From: the human T2T-CHM13v2.0 reference genome, Homo sapiens | Length of the DNA: 64,000 nt | Reading direction: 5' to 3' (one strand) | Assembly: GCF_009914755.1 (NCBI RefSeq) | Contig: NC_060930.1 | Shown here: piece after piece, positions 1-13,770 of the stretch | Layout of the letters: the number at the start of each line of letters is the position of its first letter | How positions within the stretch are numbered: position 1 is the first letter of the stretch | The notes under the pieces: generated by a model | What the model was told of the DNA's origin: nothing | Databases searched by the model: none | Seen by the model: only the letters and a program-made list of their open reading frames with translations | Program-made: the position numbers and the translations under genes

Positions 1-2150
1 AGTTTTCAGTGTACATGTCTTGCATATATTTTGTCAGATATATTTCTAAATAGTTCATATCTTTGATGCTATTGTAAGTGGAATTATATTAATTATTCCA
101 ATTTTCAATATTTCCTTACTATGCAATTGATATTTGTATCTTGATTTTGTATTTTGTAACATAGTGAATTCTAGTAGATGTTTTTACAGATATTATCAGG
201 ATTTCTACAGACAAACCTATGTCATCTGTAAGTAGACAGTTTTCTACTTCCTTTTCAATCTGGATGTCTTTTGTTTCTTTTTATCAGCCTATTGAATTGA
301 CTAGAATCTTCCCTACAATTTTGGCTAGATGTGGACATCCTTCCTTTATTCCTGATCTTGGGAGGGGAAAGCATTAAATATCACATTGTAGGTTTTTCAT
401 AAATGTCCTTTATTAAGTTGAGAATGCTACCTTCTATCTCTAGTTCGATGAGAGCAATTTTATTTTTAAATAACAAATGGATGTTGGATTTTATCTAATT
501 TTTTGTGTCTGTTTAAAGGATCATATGGTTTTCTTTTTTAGTTTGTTAATACTATGGATTACATGGATTGATTTTGAATGTTAAAACTACTTTGCATTTC
601 TGGGATAAACCACAGTTGGTCTGGATGTATTATCCTTTTTCTATATTGTTTGATTCTATATGCTAAAATGTTAACAACTTTTTGTCTTTGTGTTCATGAG
701 GAATATTACTTTGTAGTTTTCTTTGTGATGTCTTTGTTTTGCAAGGTAATGTTGGACTCATAGAATGAGTCGGCAAGTAGTTTCTCCTCACAAAATTTGT
801 GGAAGGGTTTATGCAGCATTGGTATTTTTTTAAACTAAATATTTAGCAGAATTCAGAAATAAAGTAATCTGGGCCTGAGGTTTTTTTGTGTGTGAAAAGG
901 CTTTTAACTACAAAGTCAATTTCTTTAACAGATATAGAGGTAGTTAGAAAGTTTATTTCTTCTTATGTGAGTTGATATTTTTTGTTCCTCAAGGGATTTG
1001 CCCACTTCATATAAGTTGTCAAATATATTAGCATAAAGTTATCCATAATATGCCTTCATAATCTTTTAATATCATAGAATCTGTAGTACTGACAACTCTT
1101 TCATTCTGAATATTGGTAATTTGTGCCCTGTCTCCCTTTTTTATCCTGATCGAATAGGTCTGTGTAGAGGTTAATTATCTATATTAATCTTCTTAAGAAA
1201 AGCAGGTTTCAATGATTTTCTCTAATCTGCTTTTTATTTCATTGGCTTACACTCTGATCTTCATTATCTTATTTCTTCTGCTTACTTTGAGGTTAATTTT
1301 TTCTTGCTTTTTCCAGTTTTTGTGGACAGAAACTAAGGTTGTCACTTTAAGATCTTTCTTGCAATACAGTCATATTTTAATGTTTCTTTTCTTGCCTGAA
1401 ACTTTTTATTGGGTGCCAGACATTGTGAATTTTATCTTGTTGGGTGCTGGGTATTTTTAAATTCCTGTAAATATTTTTAAGTTTTGTTATGGGAGGTAGT
1501 CAAGTGACTTGGAAACAGTTTGATTCCCTCAGATTTTGCTTTTAAGATTTCTCAGGTGGGGCAACAGCAGGATTTATTCTGGAGATAATTATTTTGCACC
1601 TGAGACAAGAATTTTCTGAGTCCTGTACTCAATGCCACATAGAGGTTTTCCATTCTGCAAGTGGGAATGGGCACTGGTCCCAAATGAGCTCCAGCTAAGC
1701 TACTGTTTCTCCTAATCCTTTTGGGTGGTTCTTTTTACCTGGCCTTGGTCAGTTTCCTTGCACGCACCTGCTGATCAGCACTCGCTGAATACTCAAGGGC
1801 AGCCCTCTGAGGCTCTTGCCAATCTTCTCCGTCTTCCATTACTCTGCACTGTGAACTGCAGCCCTCTGTCTCTCCAAATTCTCATATCAATTTTCCCAAC
1901 TCAGGGAGTTTGCTGGGTTCTGCTTATATTCCCTCTTTTTGGATCACAGCCTGGAAACTCCCTCAAGCCTGAAAGCCAGGGCAAGCATGAGGCTTACCTT
2001 ACTTGTTTCCTGTCCCAAATTAATCATTCACCTTCCTTGCTTTATGTCCAATATCTTGAAAAGTGTTGTTTAATATATTTTGTCTGATTTTTTAATTGTT
2101 TCAGCAAGAAAGGTAAATCTGGCCCCTGTTACTCTGCATTGGCTAGAAGA
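1..2150 (-). mobile_element. Ancient L1M (L1MC/L1ME-age) fragment, ORF2 region plus 5' region
   Basis: T-rich antisense L1 ORF2-like text (atgtcatctgtaagtagacagttttctacttcc; cctgatcttgggagggggaaagc; tgcatttctgggataaacc). Heavily diverged, boundaries approximate. Confidence 0.75.
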
Positions 2151-2309
2151 GGAAGATATAAATATACTTTAAAAAATAACATAAACTGACCTAAAAATTA
2201 GTTCGTACTAAGAACTAGCAATCTTTGAGTCAAAGGTTTTACTCTGCATACCTGCATTTTGTGCCTCTCTCTCTCTCTGGCAAGACTTTAGATTCCTCAT
2301 TATTAAGCC

Positions 2310-3086
2310 CAGGCGTGGCCTTTGAACATGAACCAGTGGAATCTGAGTGGAAGTATCATGTCTCTTCTGAGCAGAAGTTTTAAGAGTCAGGCTGAGGTTT
2401 GCCATGTTCTTTTTTGCCTCTGTCACAACGACTGCCCATCTTTCAGATGGAGGCTGCTCTTTCAGTGTATTAGTCAGGGTTCCCTAGAGTGACAGAACTA
2501 ATAGGATAGATATATACTTATAAAGGAGAGTTTCTTAAGTATTAACTTACACGGTCGCAAGGTCCCACAATAGGGAGGTTTAGTAAGTATTAACTTACAC
2601 GATCCCAAGTTCCCACAATAGGATGTCTGCAAGCTTGAGGAGCAAGGAGAGCCAGTCCGAGTCTCGAAACTGAAGAACTTGGAGTCTGATATTTGATGAC
2701 AGGAAGCATCCAGCACAAGAGAAAGATGTAGGCTGGGAGGCTAGGCCAGTCTCCGCTGTTCACGTTTTTCTGTCTGCTTTATATTCACTGGAAGCTGATT
2801 AGATGGTGCCCACCAGATTAAGGGTAGGTCAGCCTTCCCCAGCCCACTGATTCCAATGTTAATCTCCTTTGGCAACACCCTCACAAACACACCTAGGATT
2901 AATACTTTGTATCCTTCAATCTAATCAAGTTGACACTCAGTACTAACCACCACATTCAGCTTGAGTTGATCCTCAGTATTAACCATCACATTCAGCTTGA
3001 GTCCGCATGTAAAGCAGAACTCAGATGACCTAGGGTGGACTTAAGCCTTTTTGTTGTAAGCTACATAGCCTAGCCTGTCTAACACA
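2310..3086 (+). mobile_element. MLT1 (H/J/K-type MaLR LTR) interrupted by MLT2A1
   Basis: gcagaagttttaagagtcag...gatggaggctgctct, then a typical MLT1 end (catagcctagcctgtctaacaca) after the MLT2A insert. Confidence 0.55.
2466..2954 (-). mobile_element. MLT2A1 (HERV-L) solo LTR
   Basis: Starts tgtattagtcagggttccctagag and ends gacactcagtactaaccaccaca. 5-bp TSD TTCAG at 2461-2465 and 2955-2959. Confidence 0.9.
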
Positions 3087-3199
3087 TACTATAAGGGAGG
3101 CACTGGTTTTAGTTTCTAGATAATTAAATGGTTAATTCTATCTAAATTCTAACTCTTATACCATGTTACCTTAAGGGAGAGTGAGGGTTTCTTAAGAAT

Positions 3200-3640
3200 T
3201 ATTCATTGAGTGCCTATTGCATGCTGGAACTGTGATAGGCTTTGAGAACATAAAGATAAGAACAAAAAAGATAAGTCATGTTCCCTCAAAAATCCACAAT
3301 CTAAGGGTACCCAGTCTAGTGAAGTATGTTTTTTTACGTGGACTTGGTCAGTTTCCTTGCATGTTTTAATTGGGGTGAGTATGTTTTAACTGGGGGTGAA
3401 CAAGACATGATGTTCCCCTTGGGAAACGTCACCCAATCTGTGATAATCAATGCAGGCTTTCCAGGGGCGGAACTGCTGGGATGAGTCTAAGGGAAACCTA
3501 GGAGTCAGCCTTCTAGAGAAAGAAGACAAAAGCAGTGCTGGCAGAGGAAGCAGCTTGTGGAGTGGCTGAGTGTCATGTGTAGGCTTGGCACACCTGAGAA
3601 GTTCACTTTGTTCTAGAGACCAAATAAGAAATGAGGCAGA
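3200..3640 (-). mobile_element. L2 fragment
   Basis: attcattgagtgcctatt...tgtgataggc and purine-rich gcagaggaagcagcttgtg, typical of the antisense L2 3' region. Confidence 0.55.
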
Positions 3641-3925
3641 TAGAGGAACACTTCTCCCTTTGAGTCATCTCACAAATCTAGTTCACTTTTATAAGTAATT
3701 ATTGACTGTAGCACCTACTAGGACAAAGGCAACTGAGAGGAGACATCTATTTTCCCGAGTCTTAGAGTCCTGGCCCTCTGAAAACAATAGCCAAATAGGA
3801 ACAGTAAAGAGCTATGCCTGCCAATCTATAAGCCTGCAAGGGTGTAGAATATAGGCAGAAACAAAGAAGGAGCCAACACTTCCTGGAGGGAAGGAGTGGT
3901 CTCAGAAAAGATTGTGTACAGGTGG

Positions 3926-4681
<756 letters not shown>

Positions 4682-4689
4682 GGTGACAT

Positions 4690-6860
4690 GATCAGATCCT
4701 TGATAGGTGAATATGTATTTTCAGACAGACAAGCGATGAAAAGGAGCTTTAGACAAAGGAAACAGTGTTAGCAAGGGCAATGGGGAAGGAAATTACATCA
4801 TTTTATAGAGCTGCCCATAGAGTGAATGGAGTCAGAAAACATGAAAATGAGGCAGTAAGTAGGACTTTGCAAGTCTAAATAAAGGTCTTTTGATTTTAAT
4901 TTGTAGAATTTGTTCTTATCTTTGGCCTTACAATAGAATCCCTCAGGATTTAAGAAAACAACAACAAATATCTCACTCCCAGTCTAACCAATTCAATCTG
5001 GATATGGAGTAATGGTATTTCAAAAACATCTCCCTAAGTAATTCTAACATGCAACCAAGGTAGGAGCCACAGCTGTAGAGAGTAGAGATTGAGAAGAGAG
5101 ATGAGATTGGATTTGTGTTTAGGAAAAAGGGCTGGAAGGGTGTGAGCCTTGGGGGTAGAGAAATCAGTTTGCAGGCACTGTTGCAAGGGTTGGAGGGCTG
5201 GAACAACACAGTGGTAGGAGTGGGAAAGGGACAACATGAGATGTTAATAATGTAGAAGAGAAAGAACTTGATTCCTAATTCAATGCAGAGAATGAGGAAA
5301 TGGGGACGTTTGTGAAGATTCTTGCATTTCTGGCATGAGTTGTTGGGTGGAGGGCAATTCATTTCATAATAATTAACAACAGAAATGCAGGAAGAAGATA
5401 CAATTTTAAGGGAATGATAATAGGCTCATCTTTGGATTTGTTGGGCTTGAGTTTCTTGTGATGAAGTACAGGGTGCACTGGTACATACAAATCTGGGCTT
5501 AGGAGATAAATCAGAACTAAAAGCAAACATTTTGGGATCATCAATGTGTGACTAATAGTTGAAGCCATGGAGGTGACGAGATGGCCAAGGAGAAAAGAGG
5601 GCTGAGGACAGTCCCCTAGGAATACAAATGCTTGAAGAAGACTGGGAGGACGATACCAGCGAGAACCAGAGAACAGTGATAAATAAACTGAGAGAGAGAG
5701 AAGTCAGTAAAGGTGAATCCCTCAGAAAAATGAAAAACATAAGGACTGACAAAAGCCCATTGGATTTGTTAATTGAGAGGGGTTTGGTGGTACTTGCTCC
5801 ACAGAGTTAGCGAGCCAATAGGGGCCTAACCTTACCTGCAGGTTAATGGTGAATGGGCTCTGAGGGAGTGTATTCGGGGAACATAAACTATTCTTCGGTG
5901 GAGGAGCATGAGCCAAGGGGATGGGCAGACTGTTAGAAAAGTTGCAGCCAAAGTTTAGAGATCATGAGGTAAAAGGGCAAGTGTAATGAAAGGAAGGGAG
6001 TGAGAAAGGCAAAGTGGGGAAAGTTGTAATTGCAGTTGGATACATCATAAAGTTTATGATTGCAGAGTGGCATGAGGTTCAGGCAATGATAAGATGCAAC
6101 AAAGCATCTTGGAAATGTACTGCTGAAATGAAGAGGAAGAGGTCCATGAATTTGGAAGCTAAGTTGATTAGACCAACCACACAGAGTCCTTTTGATAAGA
6201 GGAAAATTTGGGGCAAGGGAAGGGAAAGACTGAGAGGCAAGTGCTAACATAGTTCGTGGAGATGCAGATGATATCACTGGTTTGGGGGATAACAGAGGAG
6301 GGCCCAGGGTGCTTAGGGGAGCTCCTGGAAGTCTTGGATAATGGAATGGTAATCAGCCATCTGTAGACAGGTGATGAGATTTCAGGGGGAAAAAAAAAAC
6401 CCAGCAACCACTATGACAAAGCAGGAAACATACATTCAAAGAATCGGCTCTCATATATATTAATAGTTCTGAGTTGCTGCATTGAGCAGTGAGAGAAAAG
6501 AAGGAATATGAGGGTAGAGAGGTGGAAAAGAGTTAGATTTTGTAGGAGCTTGTAGATTATGGGAAGGATTTTTGTCTTTCATCTGACATTGGGGGGACCA
6601 TCTTATGGTGTAGGCAGGAAGGTGACATGATCAAATTTGAGTTTTAGAAAAGTCTTCTGGGGACTTTGTGGAGGATACACTGTTAGAAGGCAACTGGTGG
6701 AGACAAATTTGGAAACAAATTGCATAAACCCAGGTGAGAGTCTAGAATTAATCAGTGGTGGTTGTGCTGAAGAGGAGGCAACAGACTTACTAGACAAATA
6801 CAATTGATGTGGTTATAAGGAATAAGAGATATAGACAGAAACCAAGCTTCCTCCTATGTC
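4690..6860 (-). mobile_element. L2 fragments with a MER5-like insert at ~4910-5075
   Basis: Purine-rich antisense L2 text (gaaggtgacatgatcaaatttgagttttagaaaag; ccattggatttg). MER5-like ccctaagtaattctaacatgcaacc. Confidence 0.65.
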
Positions 6861-8169
6861 TGCCAGTCATCAACTACATATGCTTAGGCAAAAATTTTAT
6901 TCAGCATCTATTATATGTCAGGTTGTTGAGATGAGGCAGAGAACAAACAGACATGTAACTTACATTGTGAGTAACAAACTAAAGCCTAGAAGGGTTCATA
7001 AAGAAGAAATACTTGGAGAAAAAGCAACAGGAGGAAAGAGGAGGAAAGGGAAAAGGAGGAAGCAGAAGCCCTCCTTCTTAAGAAACACATGATATAATTT
7101 TCTTGATTTGCTGCCCTACATCCCAATACTTATTTAGTAATATATAACATTTTTTAAAGTCTTTGTTTTTCAGATACTTTCCAAATTCCTTAAGTGTATT
7201 CAAAATAGTATTTAGATAATCTTTGGCTGACAAGTGTCAATTATTAATTTATCACTGTCATTATCACTTGTGTTGCAGTTGTTTACTTTTCAGTTAGTCG
7301 AAATTACCATAAACAATAGGAAGGTCAGAATAAAAGGTTTTATGAGAGTTATCTCTTTAAGGAATTACCTTACATAGAGGAAAGGAGAAAGCTGACTGTG
7401 ATCTATTGGTACTGTTAATAATCCTAATTCCTGCCCTACTCAAGGAAACAAAGCATAACATATCTTATTGATAACATGGACAGTTAAGGACAACATGACA
7501 AGTGGCTCAAACATAGTTCAGTTTTGATGTAAATTTCTAAAACTTTATAAAGTAAGGAAGGAGCTAGAACACATGTAAAATTGATGAATTTCTAGACAGT
7601 CTTTCTCACATCAAATATAGAAATCTATCCTTGAAGAAATATTATTAGGATTTGCAAATAATTCACAGGAGTCAAGCAATTTGAAACAGGGTCCCTCTTT
7701 TAGAACTGCAGATGTTCTGACTCAGAAATGAAACTAAAACTTGAGCAAAATATTTGCTTGAGGAAATTCCTTCCTGTCTTCACGATAGCCCCCCATACAC
7801 ATTAAGACTATGAAGGATCATTTCTCATCACAGGGAAACTTAAATAGCATTTCTAAATGTTTTTTTAAAGTATGAGCTTGTGGTACTTTAGATGCCTCAT
7901 GTAATGTTTGGTTCCCTGTGTTGGAGGTTTTCCCAGAAAGGCCAGGGTCCCAGGTAGTATTGGCATCACCCAGGAGACTCAAACTAGGCTGAAGGTTAGG
8001 GTCAAAGGATCTTTGAGGTAATTTTTAACTATATAAAAAACGTAATAATAATAAAAAATAAAAATAAATAAATAAATAACATATTATTTTACACTTTCCA
8101 ATTTCTCAGTATGTTCTGATCCAGCACAAGACTCATGACATTTTTGAAAACAAAAATCAAGGGGCTTAC

Positions 8170-8495
8170 CAACTACAGCATGGGTGAATGTCACATATTG
8201 TATTTAGTGACAGAAGCCAGACACAAATAATACATACTATATAGTTTAACAGATATGAAGTCTGAAACTGGGCAAAACTTATCTATAGTGATAGTGATCA
8301 GAAAGTGGTTGCTTCAGGTGAGATAAAAATTGAGTGTAAGAGGCTACTGGGTAATTTTATGGGGTGATGAAAAAGTTTTATATCTTGTTTTTGGTGGTGG
8401 TTACACAAGTGGATACAGTTGTTTGGTTGTCTTCCAACTGGAAATAAATTCTGTACATTTTATTGTATGTAAGTTCTGCCTAATTTTTAAAAATT
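8170..8495 (+). mobile_element. Old L1M (L1MD/ME-type) 3' end
   Basis: atgggtgaatgtcac...gaagccagacacaaa...ggcaaaacttatctatagtgatag...tacattttattgtatgtaag. Confidence 0.75.
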
Positions 8496-11400
8496 AATGC
8501 TCATAAAAATTAATTAGTGTTATAAAATGCAAAAGAAATTTTATCTTATGTTAACATACAGCATGCATTAGATCAAAGCAGGCTATGATTTTAAAGTCAT
8601 ATTACCAATGCGTATTTTCTAAAATTCTAAGACATTAGTTGCCAAAAATACTTTTTTCTTACCTACCGTCTTGGATCCAAAATCCAGTAGCAAGAAAAAT
8701 GCCAATTACTCTACGTAGCATTCTATAAATGATTACTACTTACTGACATATTATTAATACAAAAAATGAGAAAGCGTTTTTTTTTTTTTTTAGTTTCTAA
8801 TCTTTATATCAGTTTGCTTACTCAGGAAATATTTTTATGCTGTGAGAACCACTTTATCTTTCACTTTGGAGGCATCTCTCTTGTAAGTTGGCAAACCTTG
8901 GGCATGCACTTAAGCAAATTACTGATCCCTGACTGATGTACCCAGTGTCCACCTGGGGCAGAGAGTTCCTTTGTAATGGGTATTTTTGTAGCAAGAAAAC
9001 AAGAGAAACAGCTAAAGAGAAATAGGCATTGGAGTAATGAGACAGAATGTTTCAGGCACTTCTTAATTCATTATGTGTTCTTGTTCCAACTAAAATCAAA
9101 GAGGCATAGAAAACTCCTCCCAGCATTGTACAGATGAAAGAAAGATCATTTCACAGGCTCAGGGAGAGAGTGACAGGGGGCACTCAATGCCTGCTCTTCC
9201 TCCATCATCTGTAGTCAGCTATAGGAACTGGGTACCAAAATAAAAATAGTAAAACCGTACAGACCAAAACCCTATGTATTTGTGGTAGAGGCCTATCTCT
9301 AAACCATGAAGCAATTGCAGCTGAGAGACCTTCTGTACAATCTAAAACAGTTCTGCTACAAGATGGGACACAAAATGGACCAGAGTAGGATACCCATGTG
9401 GACAACACATATGGAAGATGCAAAGGTGCAACAATTGGAGAGTGCAAAGATACAAATTAGGGCAGGCAGGTAATTTGCTTCTAGCTAAGGTTTACCCTAG
9501 GTTTTGATGGAAGAATTCATCACTGATGTCATGCTAACACCATAGCTTATACCTGAAGATTATTTGTTACTATCCATAGTTTACTCCATAGCATGAATTT
9601 TATTCTTCTTGCCTTGATTATTTATTTATCCTTATAATATGCTTTGAACTAATATAATAACTATAGCTACTATCTGGAAGAGGACCTACTGTTGCAGCAA
9701 TTTACATTTACTATTTTGGGCTCCAGGTAAGAATCTTTTAAAAGGAAATAAAAGGTGGAACCAAGCAATGTGTTTGTTCAGTAGGTTCTTGGCTTTCTGA
9801 GTGGAGGTATAAGGATATTGAAGGATAAGTTCATAAATATTTCTACCAGCAGGCATTTGACCAGTTCTATATTCTTATCCTGGTTATTAGATAAAATAAA
9901 CATAGTTCATAAGCGCATGATGGTCCTTTTCTTCACTGTCTAACACCTAATGTTGTTTTGCTAAATATGCATCTGTAAATGACTGTTTGTGTTGGCCACT
10001 GAATATGTATAGAAACATGTCTTTCTAAATAAAGGCTAACTGTCTAGAGTTGACTCAGGATAAGCAGTGTAAACAGGATGGCATATAAAGTGTGAGACAA
10101 TATACAGAGGACAAAGTGTGTATGAAGGTTAACTGATTAATAAAACATGTCTGGCCTTGATTTAGTTTATAAGAAACTTAAGACATTTATCAACATCTGT
10201 CTGAACCCAGTTCCAGTCTCTTGGACTCTGTTGTGCATAAGCTGATTAATAAAAGATGATGCCTTAGGAAGGAAGCTTAGATCTTTGTAAGCAATGACAA
10301 AGGAAAAGGCAGTGCTGAATCTACATATGAAAGGGAATTGTAAAAGTAAACTAGTTTACCACTATATGCCTGGCTGCCACTTCCCTATAATATTTCATCC
10401 CCCTCATATTGGCTCAAGTCTGGAAAAATAAGAAGGAATTTCAAAAATTAAGTGTGGAATTAATTTACAAGACAGATTGTAGGTTTGGGTTTTTTTTTTT
10501 TTTTTTTTTTTTAAGTCTGAAATATAATCCAGCTCCCTTGTGGCTTCCTCCTCTCAGTGTTCTTAACTTTGCAGCTTTCTATGTTTGTTTTTCATTTGTG
10601 TCCTTGATCTTTTAGTCTTTCCTTTCCTCTTGGCTAGAATAAAGCACCAGTATTGAACAAGTACCTCCCTTTGCCAACTGATAAACTGTTGCCCAATAAG
10701 CATCACCCTCATGAAAACATCAGTGCCCTATTTTCCCTCTTACACTCATTCATTCCTTTAAACACCATCGACGTAACACATTTAAATTATATCTAGTCAT
10801 TTGAGAATTTTCTCCATATGGCATTCATAACTAAGGACTTGGAGGTAAAACTGAGTATAATAAGTATACTAATACCTGGTAATAAACGTCTCTACCAAAG
10901 CATCCCATTATCTCCTAGATGTCCAGGAAAAATCACTGCACGACAAACAGGAGAAAGGAATCTAACATTTCAGGAAGAAGTACCATAAGTTAGGAAAGGA
11001 ATTCAGAATCATGTTTCTCATGATTTGTATGAGAATAAATGCCTTCATATTATTGACCAAGGAAGCCCCCAAAACTAAAGTTAGGTGGTCAGCATGCTTC
11101 ATTACTAATGGACAAATAATGAATACAGGGAAATTTGAAACTCTTTAGATCTCACATTGTTATAGGTTGTCAAAGCACTGGTTGCTCTGAGGGTAAATTT
11201 TATTATCCACAACTCAGTTATAGGGTTGTGTTCAGAGTCCAGAGAAGGGTCCAAACCAATAATTTGAGGAGGAAAATGAATGGTTGCGGGTGGTAGGGCA
11301 TTGATGCGGAGTCTGGGTTCACTGAATGCCTGTTATGCTTACACATCACCTTCGCTGTTCATATTCATCTAATGACCTGGATATTCAACAATTTCAACTG

Positions 11401-12149
11401 TTCTTTGTGCTCTATAAAATTACTCTACAAACTCACAGGATACTAGTAAAAACAGAAGCAAAGGACAAAAAGCAAACAAAGAAAAATATTCTGGCTTACT
11501 GTTAGAAACTGAGGCCTGAGAATATAGTGGTGTTTTGATTATCATGTCATAGGACTTGTCCTCCTGAAACCAAAAATTTAAATTTATATATAAAACACAT
11601 ATATAAAAATTTAAGACATGAAAAAGAAGCAGCCAAAACTCACCGGGTGGATTCTAGGAATCACTGTTGCAAAACTGACACATAAATCATTCTAAGGAGT
11701 TAGATAACCCCAGAGAAAGAGGAGAGTGGGACGCCAGGCTGCCAACGTCTATCCTGGGGAGTTTCTGCTATTTTTGATATCCTTATTCCCTAGTTAAATG
11801 CAAGATGTCCAAGAATTTTTTATTTTAATGACTATGTTGTATAATCTAAAACAGTCCCTCACACAAATCAGTTACTTGCCATGCCAATCGTGAGAACATG
11901 ATAAATATTAAGTAATTAAAATTAATAATTAACTAATATTTGCTTAGCCACTTGAGTACGTGTGCATATGCATGTATGTGCACATGTTGAAATATGTGAA
12001 TATGTATATTTGTAGATACATATGTATATATGTACAGGGCTGTACACATATATGAGAGACAAACTATGATGATTGATCATATAAATGTTACCTAAACTTA
12101 ATAGTGAAGTCTTGAGGGTGCCTGTAATACTACTGCTTGTTCTGTGGAG

Positions 12150-12171
12150 GTGTGTGTGTGTGTGTGTGTGT
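12150..12171 (+). repeat. (TG)n microsatellite
   Basis: Direct observation. Confidence 0.95.
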
Positions 12172-12641
12172 TCTTGTTTGAGCAGTTGCTGACAGGGCCT
12201 CGGGAACTGAGAATGATAAAGCTGCAGGAGGGCTATGCAGGCATAACCTTTCCTTCATGCAGGAAAAGCCACTATAAAAAGGGAATTGGGCCAGGCTACG
12301 CAAAGCGCAAGTGGGACCGTCCGGTAATGTCCAACATGTGGTGGTGTTTAAGGCTGAATCCCCCAAGGCCTGGGAACGGTACTGCTGCTGGAATACTCTG
12401 ATCTGACGCTATTGCCCTGATGGGGTCAGAGCAAGAGACCACACTCTTGTGGGTGAGAGGTCAGATTTCCCCAGAAGGGAGGGTGTTTTCACTCCCAGGC
12501 ATCGTGGGAAGAGTTGGATCCTGGGTCAGGAAATAGGGACTTAGAAGGGGGTCTTAAACAGGGCATCCCTTGAAGGCAGACATATGCCACCCCTGTGTCT
12601 CTTAGCGTTGTTCAGGCTGAATGAGGAGCAATTATGAGCAT

Positions 12642-12994
12642 TGTATTAGTCCGTTTCCACACTGCTGATAAAGACATACCTGAGACTGGGCAATTTACAA
12701 AGGAAAGACCTTTAATGGAGAACTCATAGTTCCACGTGGCTGGGGAAGCCTCACAATCATGGGGGAAGGCAAGGAGGAGCAAGTCACATCTTATGCGGAA
12801 AGCAGCAGGCAAAAAGAGAGAGCTTGTGCAGGGGAACTCCTTTTTTAAAATCACATCTCGTGAGACTTACCCACTATCACGGGAACAGTACAGGAAAAGA
12901 CTTGCCCCCCTGATTCAGTTACCTCCCACTTGGTCCCCACAACATGTGGAAATTCAAGATGAGATTTGGGTGGGGACACAGCAAAACCATATCA
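12642..12994 (-). mobile_element. THE1A/THE1B solo LTR
   Basis: tgtattagtccgttt...ggcaaggaggagcaagtcacatctta...aaaccatatca. Perfect TSD AGCAT at 12637-12641 and 12995-12999. Confidence 0.92.
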
Positions 12995-13139
12995 AGCATT
13001 TTGTGTACCCAACTGCTGTGCACCTCCAAGATTCCTGCTCATACATACCATGCCACACACATAAGTTACCTGCAACTTTGCTTATTCCTGAGGGCTCCTG
13101 AGAGGCCCTGTAGCACATCTGGCTTTGTCAAGGCACCAT

Positions 13140-13368
13140 GGAGGTAGTGAGTGCATGGCTCAGCAGTAATTTTGGAATGATGTGGGCCCTAGTTCTTGTG
13201 ACACCACTTATTAGCATTTATTGACCAAACTGCTACTACTTCCTCCATTTATTGGCAAAAAAATAAAAAAGGGAAGCAATACTTGCCATTTCTGTTTCCC
13301 AAGGATCTGATGAGGATGACATGAGAGAAAGGATATGAAAGTGATCAGTAAGCCGTAAAGCATTATTC
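13140..13368 (+). mobile_element. MIR
   Basis: Degenerate MIR core and 3' end (gaggatgacatgagagaaaggatatgaaagtg...gtaaagc). Confidence 0.5.
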
Positions 13369-13369
13369 C

Positions 13370-13770
13370 TTCACATGCTCTGCTGCCTTCAGGCCCTTTG
13401 CACTAGCTGTTTCCTCTTCCTGAAATACTTCTCACCTAGATATCCCAATGATGTGCTCCCTTACTTTCTTCAAGGGTCTGCTAAATGTTGCTTTGTCAGA
13501 GAGGCCTTCTCTGGCTGCTTTGTATAAACAGCAATCTTCCTAACCCCCTTGCTTTTAGTACTTGTCCCCAGACACTGCCTTATTTTTTCCCACAGCACTT
13601 TCCACCATCTAACACATATTTTGGACATTCTTTCATTGACTCCATAAGGAAAGGGAATTTTGTCTGTTTTAGTGATGACCGTATCCTTTGTGTCTAAAGA
13701 GTGCCTGACACATAGTAGGCACTTAATAAACATTAGTGAATGTTTATTTACTAATGAAAGAATGAATTAA
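13370..13770 (+). mobile_element. L2a/b 3' end
   Basis: cagg(g)cctttgcactagctgtttcctct...gtgcctgacacatagtaggcacttaataaa...gaatgaa. Confidence 0.85.

Noticed and set aside
12144-12401. 85-aa ORF
   Set aside because: It starts in a (TG)n microsatellite and shows no recognisable homology.
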